NCBI GenBank assembly: GCA_963749655.1
Contig: CAVVOB010000030.1
Location: forward strand, 256,001-320,000
Direction of reading: 5' to 3'
DNA length: 64,000 bases
From: Nitrospirota bacterium
Lineage (GTDB): Bacteria; Nitrospirota; UBA9217
The translations under genes and the position numbers were made by a program. This document shows, in pieces, positions 56,676-64,000 of the stretch. Position 1 is the stretch's first letter, and the number at the start of each line of letters is the position of its first letter. A model generated the notes under the pieces. The model made no database searches. It saw only the letters and a list, made by a program, of their open reading frames with translations, and was not told where the DNA came from.

Positions 56676-58360
56676 GACGGCTGCTCGGCGAGATACTTGT
56701 TGAGTCCGGGCTGTCCCAGGAACGGCTCAAAAAAGCGCTGGAACTCCAGAAGAAACGGGGCGGCCGGATCGGCGCGCTGCTGATACGGCTCAGCTTCGTG
56801 ACGGAAGAAGAGGTGCTCAAGGCCCTCGGCGCGCAGCTCGGCCTGGCCTATCTGTCCGATCCCGGCGAGATCGACAGCGAGCTCGCGTTGAAGCTCCCGA
56901 TCTCCTACGCAAAAAAGGCCCTGGTCCTTCCGCTTCGGCGCGACAACGGGACGATCCTCGCGGCCACGTCCGAACCGCTCAACCTTTCCATGCTGGACGA
57001 CCTTTCGGCGCTGCTCGGCGCCGATATCGCGCTCTGCCTCGTTCCTTCCGACAAGATCCTCGACCGTTTGAACCGGCTGCACAGCGAGGACATGAACAAG
57101 GCCGAGGAGACGGTCCAGGAAATGGAGGAGGACGACCTGTCGTTCCTCGCGGCCGAGCTTGACGAGCCCACGGACCTGCTCGAAGTCACGGACGACGCCC
57201 CGATCATCCGGCTCGTCAATTCACTCCTGTCGCAGGCCATCCGCGAGCGCGCAAGCGACATCCACATCGAGCCCTTCGAGAAGGAGATGGTGGCGCGGTT
57301 CCGCATTGACGGCATCCTGTACAACATCCTTACGATCCAGAAGCGCTTCCAGGCCAGCATCGCGTCGCGCGTCAAGATCATGTCCAATCTCAACATCGCC
57401 GAGAAGCGCCTGCCCCAGGACGGCGGCATGCGGATCAAGATCGGCGGCAAGGACGTGGACATCCGCGTCTCCATCGTGCCCACGGCCTTCGGAGAGCGCA
57501 TCGTGCTTCGTCTCCTCTACCGCGAGAGCGCGCTCCTGCCGCTCGACCAGATCGGCTTTTCCGGCGATACGCTCACGCGGTTCAACGAAATGATCCAGCG
57601 GCCCCACGGGATCGTGCTCGTAACGGGCCCCACGGGAAGCGGGAAAACCACGACCCTCTACGCGTCGCTCTCGCAGATCAATTCTCCCGACAAGAACATC
57701 ATTACCATCGAGGACCCCATCGAGTACCAGCTCAAGGGCATCGGGCAGATCCAGGTGAACGCCAAGATCCAACTGACCTTTGCCGCGGGGCTCCGCTCCG
57801 TGCTCCGCCAGGACCCCGACGTGATCCTCGTGGGCGAGATCCGCGACGGGGAGACCGCCGAGATCGCGATCCAGGCGGCGCTCACCGGCCACCTCGTGTT
57901 CTCGACGCTCCATACGAATGATTCGGCCGGGGCGGTGACGCGGCTGATCGACATGAAAATCGAGCCGTTCCTGATCTCCTCGTCGGTCAATGCGATCCTG
58001 GCGCAGCGCCTTGTGCGCGTTCTCTGCTCGCAATGCCGGGAGCCCTACCAGATCACTCCCGCGGAAATTGCCGAGCTTGAGCTCAAGAGCGGCGTTGAAA
58101 ACACGACCGTGTACCGCGCCAAAGGCTGCGACGCCTGCTTCCACACCGGCTATCTCGGCCGTTCGGCGATCTACGAGCTGCTCACCGTGGACGATGATAT
58201 TCGACAGCTGATCATGAAAGACACCGATGCATCCACCATCAAGTACCAGGCCATGAACAAGGGCATGCGCACGCTCAGGCAGGACGGCGCCGCAAAGGTG
58301 CTCGCGGGCATCACCTCCGTCGATGAAGTGGTGCGGGTGACGCAGAAGGAAGCGCAATAA
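56672..58360 (+). CDS. gspE: type II secretion ATPase GspE
   Basis: ASDIHIEP, GPTGSGKTT, LRQDPDVILVGEIRD, two CxxC. Confidence 0.97.
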   Translation: MRRLLGEILVESGLSQERLKKALELQKKRGGRIGALLIRLSFVTEEEVLKALGAQLGLAYLSDPGEIDSELALKLPISYAKKALVLPLRRDNGTILAATSEPLNLSMLDDLSALLGADIALCLVPSDKILDRLNRLHSEDMNKAEETVQEMEEDDLSFLAAELDEPTDLLEVTDDAPIIRLVNSLLSQAIRERASDIHIEPFEKEMVARFRIDGILYNILTIQKRFQASIASRVKIMSNLNIAEKRLPQDGGMRIKIGGKDVDIRVSIVPTAFGERIVLRLLYRESALLPLDQIGFSGDTLTRFNEMIQRPHGIVLVTGPTGSGKTTTLYASLSQINSPDKNIITIEDPIEYQLKGIGQIQVNAKIQLTFAAGLRSVLRQDPDVILVGEIRDGETAEIAIQAALTGHLVFSTLHTNDSAGAVTRLIDMKIEPFLISSSVNAILAQRLVRVLCSQCREPYQITPAEIAELELKSGVENTTVYRAKGCDACFHTGYLGRSAIYELLTVDDDIRQLIMKDTDASTIKYQAMNKGMRTLRQDGAAKVLAGITSVDEVVRVTQKEAQ

Positions 58361-58363
58361 CGG

Positions 58364-58563
58364 CAGTTTTGAGTTGTGAGTTCTTAGTTTTGAGTTGAAA
58401 AGCTGGAACAAACAACTAAGAACTTATAACTCAACACTCAAAACTGATGGCCCGATAAAGAAGTTTTGAGTTCTGAGCTTTTAGTTTTGAGTTCGCAATT
58501 CGCTTGAAACAAGTCAGTACAGCGTTCACAACTAAGAACGTCATCACTCAACACTCAAAACTG
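58364..58563. repeat. two tandem heptamer-repeat hairpins, gspE-gspF junction
   Basis: (AGTTTTG-type)n ... (CAAAACT-type)n twice: 58364-58446 and 58462-58562. Confidence 0.9.
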
Positions 58564-58573
58564 AATTTAAACC

Positions 58574-59796
58574 ATGCCCGTTTTCGAATACAAAGGCGTT
58601 ACCGCCGTCGGGAAGAAGGTCTCCGGCGTCCAGGACGGCGACAGCCTGAAGGCCGTCAAGACACGGCTGAAAAAAGAAGGGGTCATCGTCCTCGACATCC
58701 GGGAAGGCACGTCGCTGCGCGCCGCCGGCCGCAGTACGGTCTCCTTCAGCTTCGGCAACCGGGTGAAGCTGGGCGACCTGGCCAATGCAACGCGGCAGCT
58801 CGCCACGCTGCTGTCCTCGGGACTGCCGCTGATGGATGCACTGTCCGTGCTCGTGGAGCAGGAGGAAGCCGCGCCGCTCAAGGGCGCTTTGGCCGCGGTG
58901 CGCGACAGCGTGCGGGAAGGCGCTTCGCTTGCCGACGCGCTCAAGGGCAATCCGAAGGCCTTTTCGCAACTGTACATCAACATGGTATCGGCAGGCGAGT
59001 CGAGCGGCACCCTGGAGATCACTCTCGACCGGCTCGCGGACTTTCTGGACGAACAGGTCCGGTTCCGCGGCAGGATCTCCGCCGCCCTTGCCTATCCGGC
59101 GTTCATGACCGTGATCGGCATCGGCATGCTCTTTTTCATCTTCAGCTTCGTGATGCCGCGCATCGTGGGCATGTTCGAGGACATGAAACAGCAGCTGCCG
59201 TTCATCACGACCATACTGCTCCTGGTCGTGCGGTTCCTGCAGTCGTTCTGGTGGGGGCTCATCCTGATCGCCGCCGGAGCGCGTCTATTCCTTCCGGAAG
59301 TACGCGGCAACGCACCGCGGGCAAGGAAAAGATCGATGCCCGGCTGCTCCGGCTTCCGGTCTTCGGGACCCTCATCAGGATGATCGCCGTTTCGCGGTTC
59401 ACCCGGACGCTCGGCACGCTGCTGCAGAGCGGCGTGCCCACGCTGACGGCCCTCGATATCGTGAAGAATGTGATCGGCAACACGGTGCTCGCGAACGCCG
59501 TGCAGAAGGCCCGTGAGAACGTGCGCGAGGGCGAACCCATCGCCGACCCGCTCCGGAGGAGCGGCCTCTTCCCGCCGGTGGTGGTGCAGATGGTCGCGGT
59601 GGGCGAGAAGAGCGGAGAACTTGAGAAAATGCTGCTCAAGATATCCGACTCCTTCGACCGTACCGTCGAAACGCGGCTCACCGGGCTCATGGCCCTCATG
59701 GAGCCGGTGATCATCCTCGTCATGGGGCTGATCATCGGGTTCGTCGTGATCGCGATCATGCTGCCGATGCTCGAGATGAGCTCGGGAGTGAGATGA
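58574..59796 (+). CDS. gspF: type II secretion protein GspF; frameshift(s) near 59280-59315
   Basis: TRQLATLLSSGLPL, AGESSGTL, AYP in one frame; RFTRTLGTLLQSGVP, VGEKSGEL, EP in another. Confidence 0.92.
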
Positions 59797-59807
59797 TGTA
59801 ATTAAGT

Positions 59808-59899
59808 ACGGAATGAACACGGATGAACACGGTTATGAATGCATAGAAGGTCCTTTTTTCTCCATCTGAATTTAGATACTGTGTATTATCTGTGGTTCC
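59808..59899. repeat. degenerate 10-nt periodic inverted element, gspF-gspG junction
   Basis: ATGAACACGG x2 (59813-59832) ... CTGTGTATTATCTGTGGTTCC. Confidence 0.6.
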
Positions 59900-59925
59900 A
59901 AATGTCTTGAAGGAGGTTTTGTGCC

Positions 59926-60359
59926 ATGAAGAATCGAAAGGCTTTACCCTCATCGAAATCATGGTGGTCATCATCATCCTCGGCCTGCTTGCCGGCCTGG
60001 TGCTGCCCAAGTTCCTGGGCCAGGAGGAAAAGGCAAAGGTCGAGGTCGCGAAGACGCAGATCCGGGCGCTCGAAGGCGCGCTGGACGCCTACAAGCTCGA
60101 CAACGGCTTTTACCCGTCGTCCGATCAGGGGCTCGATGCCCTGATCAAGAAGCCGGAGACCGGACGCATCCCCGACAAATGGCGGGAGGGCGGCTACCTC
60201 AAGCCCGCGCGAATCCCCAAGGACCCCTGGGGCAAGGACTACGTCTACATCTCCCCGGGAAGCGAGAGCAGGGAATATGAGATCGTTTCCTACGGAGCCG
60301 ACGGCGAGCCCGGAGGCGACGGCAACAACGCGGACATCGAGAGTTGGAAGATGCAGTAA
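59926..60359 (+). CDS. gspG: major pseudopilin GspG; SD-linked ATG is one base out of frame
   Basis: GFTLIEIMVV, YKLDNG.YP, GGYL, PKDPWG, SYGADG; AGGAGG-ATG 59926 needs -1 at CGA AAG to give MKNRKG|FTLIE. Confidence 0.92.
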
Positions 60360-60365
60360 AAGAAT

Positions 60366-60899
60366 ATGGGGCAAGGGGCAAGGGTCAAGGGTCAGGGAAG
60401 AACCAGTCTCAATGGGTTCACGCTCATCGAGATGATGGTGGTGCTCGCGGTGCTCGGCGTCATGCTGACGCTGATCATTCCGCGCCTCGCGGACCTGGGC
60501 GAGGCGAACCTGAAGCGGAGCGCCCGGCACCTGACGGGCATGATCCGTTTTTTGCGCGATGAGGCCCAGGCCAAGAAGAATACCTACCGGCTCCGGTTCG
60601 ATGTCCAGGCCGGGCACTACTGGGCCGAGGTCATGACCCAGACAGCCGAGCAGGCCGTCGAATTCAGGCGCTGGGAGTCGGAAATGGGGACCGTGGCCGA
60701 CCTGTCCGGAAGCACCGCCTTCCGCGACGTCAAGGTGAGCAGCCATCCCGACGATCCGTATATCGAGTTTTATCCCAACGGGTGGGTTGAGAGCGCGTTC
60801 ATCCACCTGCGCGACGGAAGCGACAAGGATTTTACGCTTCATGTGAAACCGCTCACCGGAGATACGGAGCTTCTCGACGGATACGTGGAGGAGAAGTAG
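60366..60899 (+). CDS. gspH: minor pseudopilin GspH
   Basis: G|FTLIEMMVV prepilin motif; IEFYPNG; operon position. Confidence 0.85.
   Translation: MGQGARVKGQGRTSLNGFTLIEMMVVLAVLGVMLTLIIPRLADLGEANLKRSARHLTGMIRFLRDEAQAKKNTYRLRFDVQAGHYWAEVMTQTAEQAVEFRRWESEMGTVADLSGSTAFRDVKVSSHPDDPYIEFYPNGWVESAFIHLRDGSDKDFTLHVKPLTGDTELLDGYVEEK
60368..60395 (+). repeat. four heptamers encoding the GspH leader
   Basis: GGGGCAA GGGGCAA GGGTCAA GGGTCAG. Confidence 0.8.
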
Positions 60900-60903
60900 G
60901 GGA

Positions 60904-61060
60904 AATGCGGAATGCGGAGTGCGGAGTGCGGAATTGCCCCTCACCCCAACCCTCTCCCCGAGGGGGAGAGGGCGTGCCTTTTATTCCGCACTCCGACCTG
61001 TCCCCTGCGTTTACGAGTGCGGATGCACGGAGTGCGCGGGAATTCCGAATTCCGAATTCG
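60904..61060. repeat. composite nested repeat in gspI 5' end
   Basis: A(A/G)TGCGG x4; CCCTCTCCCC-GAG-GGGGAGAGGG hairpin; 76-bp element 60983-61058; ATTCCG(C/A) return arm. Confidence 0.9.
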
Positions 61061-61405
61061 AAAGGCTTCACCCTCCTCGAAGTAATGGTGGCCGTGGTGA
61101 TCATGTCATCGGTGCTGGTCACCCTGATCGGGCTCAGCAACAACAGCGTGCAGAACGTGAAGCGCGCGGAGCAGATTACCACTGCGACCATGCTGGCAAA
61201 GAGTATGATGGCCGATACGGTCATCATCAGGCCGCGCATGCCCGTGGAAGACGAGGGCACCTTCCCTGAGGAGGAATACAAGGATTACGCCTGGAAGAAG
61301 ACCATCATCGCCACCGAGGTCACCGGGATCATGGAAGTGCATGTCGCCGTGCTTTGGAAGGAAGGCGAGCGCACGGAGCAGGTGGAACTCTTGAGCTATG
61401 AATAG
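60905..61405 (+). CDS. gspI: minor pseudopilin GspI with up to 54-aa repeat-derived leader
   Basis: G|FTLLEVMVA at codons 54/55; EGTF...YAW...V.VAVLW. Confidence 0.85.
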   Translation: MRNAECGVRNCPSPQPSPRGGEGVPFIPHSDLSPAFTSADARSAREFRIPNSKGFTLLEVMVAVVIMSSVLVTLIGLSNNSVQNVKRAEQITTATMLAKSMMADTVIIRPRMPVEDEGTFPEEEYKDYAWKKTIIATEVTGIMEVHVAVLWKEGERTEQVELLSYE

Positions 61406-62123
61406 CATGACCGATTGCGGATTGCGGAATGCGGAATGGCAGAAAAGAGGTCGAATCAGGGATTATTTTAATCCGCAATCCGCAATCCGAATTCCGAAAT
61501 TGAAAGGTTTTACGCTTTTGGAAGTGCTGATCGCCGTGGCGATCATGGCAGGCATCCTGACCGTGATCTACATGAGCTTTTTTACGGTAAGCCGGAACAT
61601 CGAGCAGGCCGAGACGACCAGGGACATGGCGGACCTGGCGCGCACTCTTATGACCAGGATGTCGGACGAAGTGGCAAACGCCTATGTGAACACCAGCATG
61701 AATTCGCCCGTGGTCCTTACGGTTTTTTACGGCAAAAAGGTGGCGGAGGGAAACGGGGAAGACGCAAAGAGACATGACGAGCTCTCTCTTACCACGCTTA
61801 CGAACTCGCCCAGGCTGAACACGAAGGAGACCGACCTCTGGGAAGTGGGCTATTTTTTCAGGCAGAAGCCGGACGGGTCGGGCTGGGTCCTGTATCGCAG
61901 GGAAAAGCGCTTGCTGAGCCCCGATACTCCCGCCCTTGAAGGCGGCGACGAGTATGAGCTTACCGACCGCGTCGATCATTTGCGGCTCCGCTACAGCACC
62001 GGCACCGACTGGTCGGAGGAATGGGACAGCAAGACCAGACGCAACACGCCGAAGGAATTCGAGATCAACCTCGTGCTCACGGACGGTTCGGCGTACACTA
62101 CGCACGTCGAGGTGGGACGGTAG
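61398..62123 (+). CDS. gspJ: minor pseudopilin GspJ
   Basis: G|FTLLEVLIA; EVGY, LYRRE, W.EEWDS; operon position. Confidence 0.88.
   Translation: MNSMTDCGLRNAEWQKRGRIRDYFNPQSAIRIPKLKGFTLLEVLIAVAIMAGILTVIYMSFFTVSRNIEQAETTRDMADLARTLMTRMSDEVANAYVNTSMNSPVVLTVFYGKKVAEGNGEDAKRHDELSLTTLTNSPRLNTKETDLWEVGYFFRQKPDGSGWVLYRREKRLLSPDTPALEGGDEYELTDRVDHLRLRYSTGTDWSEEWDSKTRRNTPKEFEINLVLTDGSAYTTHVEVGR
61413..61500. repeat. heptamer inverted repeat in gspJ 5' end
   Basis: GATTGCG GATTGCG GAATGCG GAAT ... AATCCGC AATCCGC AATCCGA ATTCCGA. Confidence 0.88.
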
Positions 62124-62124
62124 C

Positions 62125-62200
62125 AATGCGGAATGCGGAATTCCCGCGCACTCCGTGCATCCGCACTCGTAAACGCCGGGGACAGGCCGGAATGCGGAAT
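62125..62200. repeat. inverted copy of the 76-bp element at 60983-61058
   Basis: Reverse complement matches at 71/76 positions with a 41-bp identical core (hand alignment). Confidence 0.9.
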
Positions 62201-63044
62201 GCAAACCGCAGCGATGCAGAACAATCGCGGCGTGGCGCTGATCATCGTGCTGCTGGTCACGGCGCTTCTGATCGCCCTGGTTTTCGAGTTCGCCTACGGC
62301 ACGCGGATCAGCATGCGCGCGGCAATCAATTTTCGCGACAGCCAGAGGGCATACTATCTTGCCCGCTCGGGCGTGAACGGGATCGGGCTGCTGCTGAGCT
62401 ATGATCTGAAGCAGAATTTGCCGCAGAACGATCTTGAGCAGCTCGACTGGACGGTTCCGCCCATCCCGCTGGCTGCCGATAGCGAGCTGCAGGTGCGCTG
62501 GGAGGACGAGAGCGGGAAGATCAATGTGAGCATCCTGACAAAAGGGAGTGACGGGTATAACCGGATGAGCCTGCTGTTCGATATCCAGGGGATCAGTCAG
62601 GAAACGCTCGACAAGATCAGCGCCTGGATGATGGAACAAAGAAAAAGCTTTTACCTGGTCACGGAGCTCCGCCAGTTTCTGAGCGACGAGGAATTTCGAA
62701 AAGTTAAGGATTTTGTGACCACGATCCAGACGAATACAACGAATAAGATCAATATCAATACCGCTCCTGCCAAGGTGCTTCAGAGTTTGGGCCTGGCCGC
62801 GTCGGATGCGAACCGGATCGTCGAGCTCAGAAAAGAACAGCCCTATTCCGACACGTCCGCAACGGGAAGAAAGATCGACACCGCGCCGGGCATGACGACG
62901 ACTATCCACGGCTGGCTGACTGATACGAGCAATGTTTTTAAAATCTATTCCTACGCCAAGGTCGGCGGATACGTAAAACAGGCGGAAGCGGTTATAACGC
63001 GGACAGCGACGGTGTTTACCGTGAATTACTGGAGAGTATTGTGA
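62133..63044 (+). CDS. gspK: minor pseudopilin GspK (start 62133, 62199 or 62214)
   Basis: RG|VALIIVLL, QRAYYLARSG, DESGKIN, KININTAP. Confidence 0.9.
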   Translation: MRNSRALRASALVNAGDRPECGMQTAAMQNNRGVALIIVLLVTALLIALVFEFAYGTRISMRAAINFRDSQRAYYLARSGVNGIGLLLSYDLKQNLPQNDLEQLDWTVPPIPLAADSELQVRWEDESGKINVSILTKGSDGYNRMSLLFDIQGISQETLDKISAWMMEQRKSFYLVTELRQFLSDEEFRKVKDFVTTIQTNTTNKININTAPAKVLQSLGLAASDANRIVELRKEQPYSDTSATGRKIDTAPGMTTTIHGWLTDTSNVFKIYSYAKVGGYVKQAEAVITRTATVFTVNYWRVL

Positions 63045-64000
63045 AAGTAGTCGGTTTGAACATATCAGCGGGCAAGGTCGCTGCTTCGATCGTCGAGAAG
63101 GGCCTGCGGAGCACGGAGCTCAAGGATTCCTTCAGCCGGACCTTCTCCAACGACGCAGAGCTCGCCGAGATCCTGCGCGAACAGGCGGGAAAGTGGACGG
63201 GCGCGCGCATCGTGTCGGCCATTTCCGGCCTGCGAATCAGTCAGCGCTCAGTGACCTTCCCTTTTGCCGACCGCAAGCGCGTGGAAAAGGCGCTTCCCTT
63301 CGAGCTCGAAGATATGGTGCCGTTCTCCCTCGATGAGGTGGAGCTCGATCACCTCGCGCTCGACAAGGACGGGGGAAAGGACAAGAAGAAGCCGACCGCT
63401 GTTGTGGCCATGATGGTCCCGAAGGCCGTTTTGCGCAGCCACCTCGAGCTCCTCGCATCGGCGGGCATCGATCCGCAGGCGATCCAGCCCTCCTTCCTCG
63501 GGCTGTGCCGCGTTGCCGGCATGATCCCGACCGAGGGACCCACGGTGGTTGTCGAGGGAAATGACCTCTGTCTGAAGGACGGCGGCGCCGTGAAGGCCTT
63601 CAGGAGCTTTTCCGACGCCCGGCCGTCCGGCGGCATCAAGCACACATTGAAGGCGCTCGAGACCGAGCACGGGATGCGGATCGAAAAAGCCGTCATTCTT
63701 TCGGAGAGCGAGCGTCTGCGCTCCGAGCTAGCGGGCCTAGAGATCGCCGTCGAGCTGGTCAGCCCCGATTTTCACGGCAAGACCGCGGACGATGCGGTGA
63801 GCCTGGGCCTCGCGCTGGCGGACGAGGTCAATTTCCGCAAGGGTGAATTCGCCTACCGCCTCGCCGATGTCGGTGACCGCAAGCGGAAACGCATGCTCAT
63901 CATCGCGGGGGCGGCAGCAGCGGTCCTAGCAGGGGTCAATCTGGGCGTCAAGTACTACCTCGTGGAGACGAGTTACAACAAGCTCGACCGCGAGATCCGG
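63041..64000 (+). CDS. gspL: type II secretion protein GspL, 5' part (partial; not in ORF track)
   Basis: Open frame from GTG 63041 to window end; FPFADRK...ALPFELE, VNFRKGEF then TM. Confidence 0.85.
   Translation, partial: MKVVGLNISAGKVAASIVEKGLRSTELKDSFSRTFSNDAELAEILREQAGKWTGARIVSAISGLRISQRSVTFPFADRKRVEKALPFELEDMVPFSLDEVELDHLALDKDGGKDKKKPTAVVAMMVPKAVLRSHLELLASAGIDPQAIQPSFLGLCRVAGMIPTEGPTVVVEGNDLCLKDGGAVKAFRSFSDARPSGGIKHTLKALETEHGMRIEKAVILSESERLRSELAGLEIAVELVSPDFHGKTADDAVSLGLALADEVNFRKGEFAYRLADVGDRKRKRMLIIAGAAAAVLAGVNLGVKYYLVETSYNKLDREIR

Noticed and set aside
58364-58563. Repeat blocks as a CRISPR array
   Set aside because: Degenerate 7-nt periodic inverted arms, not identical 23-47-nt direct repeats with unique spacers; no cas genes.

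Overview
Core-genome bacterial window, probably Nitrospirota or a related Desulfobacterota-like anaerobe (inferred from gene order and protein style; not searched). 1-24.3 kb: end of rpoB, rpoC and a contiguous str-S10-spc-alpha superoperon (no adk; rpmJ is missing from the ORF track). 24.3-33.5 kb: a six-gene signalling cluster (HAMP-GAF kinase, orphan PhnD-like lipoprotein, c-type-heme kinase with His->Tyr at the phosphoacceptor site, REC-GAF-HD-GYP protein, PAS-PAS kinase, sigma54 activator). 33.6-53.5 kb: porin with a long structured leader, fchA-folD, a candidate sRNA, ccdA with a Cys-rich MerR, moaD-moaE fusion, mqnB-mqnD, aroC-aroK-aroB, DUF4145 protein, probable CC-adding enzyme, namZ with a murU-amgK fusion, and a glutamine amidotransferase. 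53.6-64 kb: type II secretion operon gspCDEFGHIJKL (gspL runs off the end). The main unexplained structure is a set of short tandem-repeat/inverted-repeat elements (7-, 9-, 10-nt periods, several unrelated sequence families, some nested) at every non-overlapping gsp junction, several translated in frame as pseudopilin leader peptides. Seven genes after 24 kb have frameshifts; most look like assembly indels. No rRNA, tRNA, CRISPR array or transposase was seen. All family assignments are from motifs read by eye.
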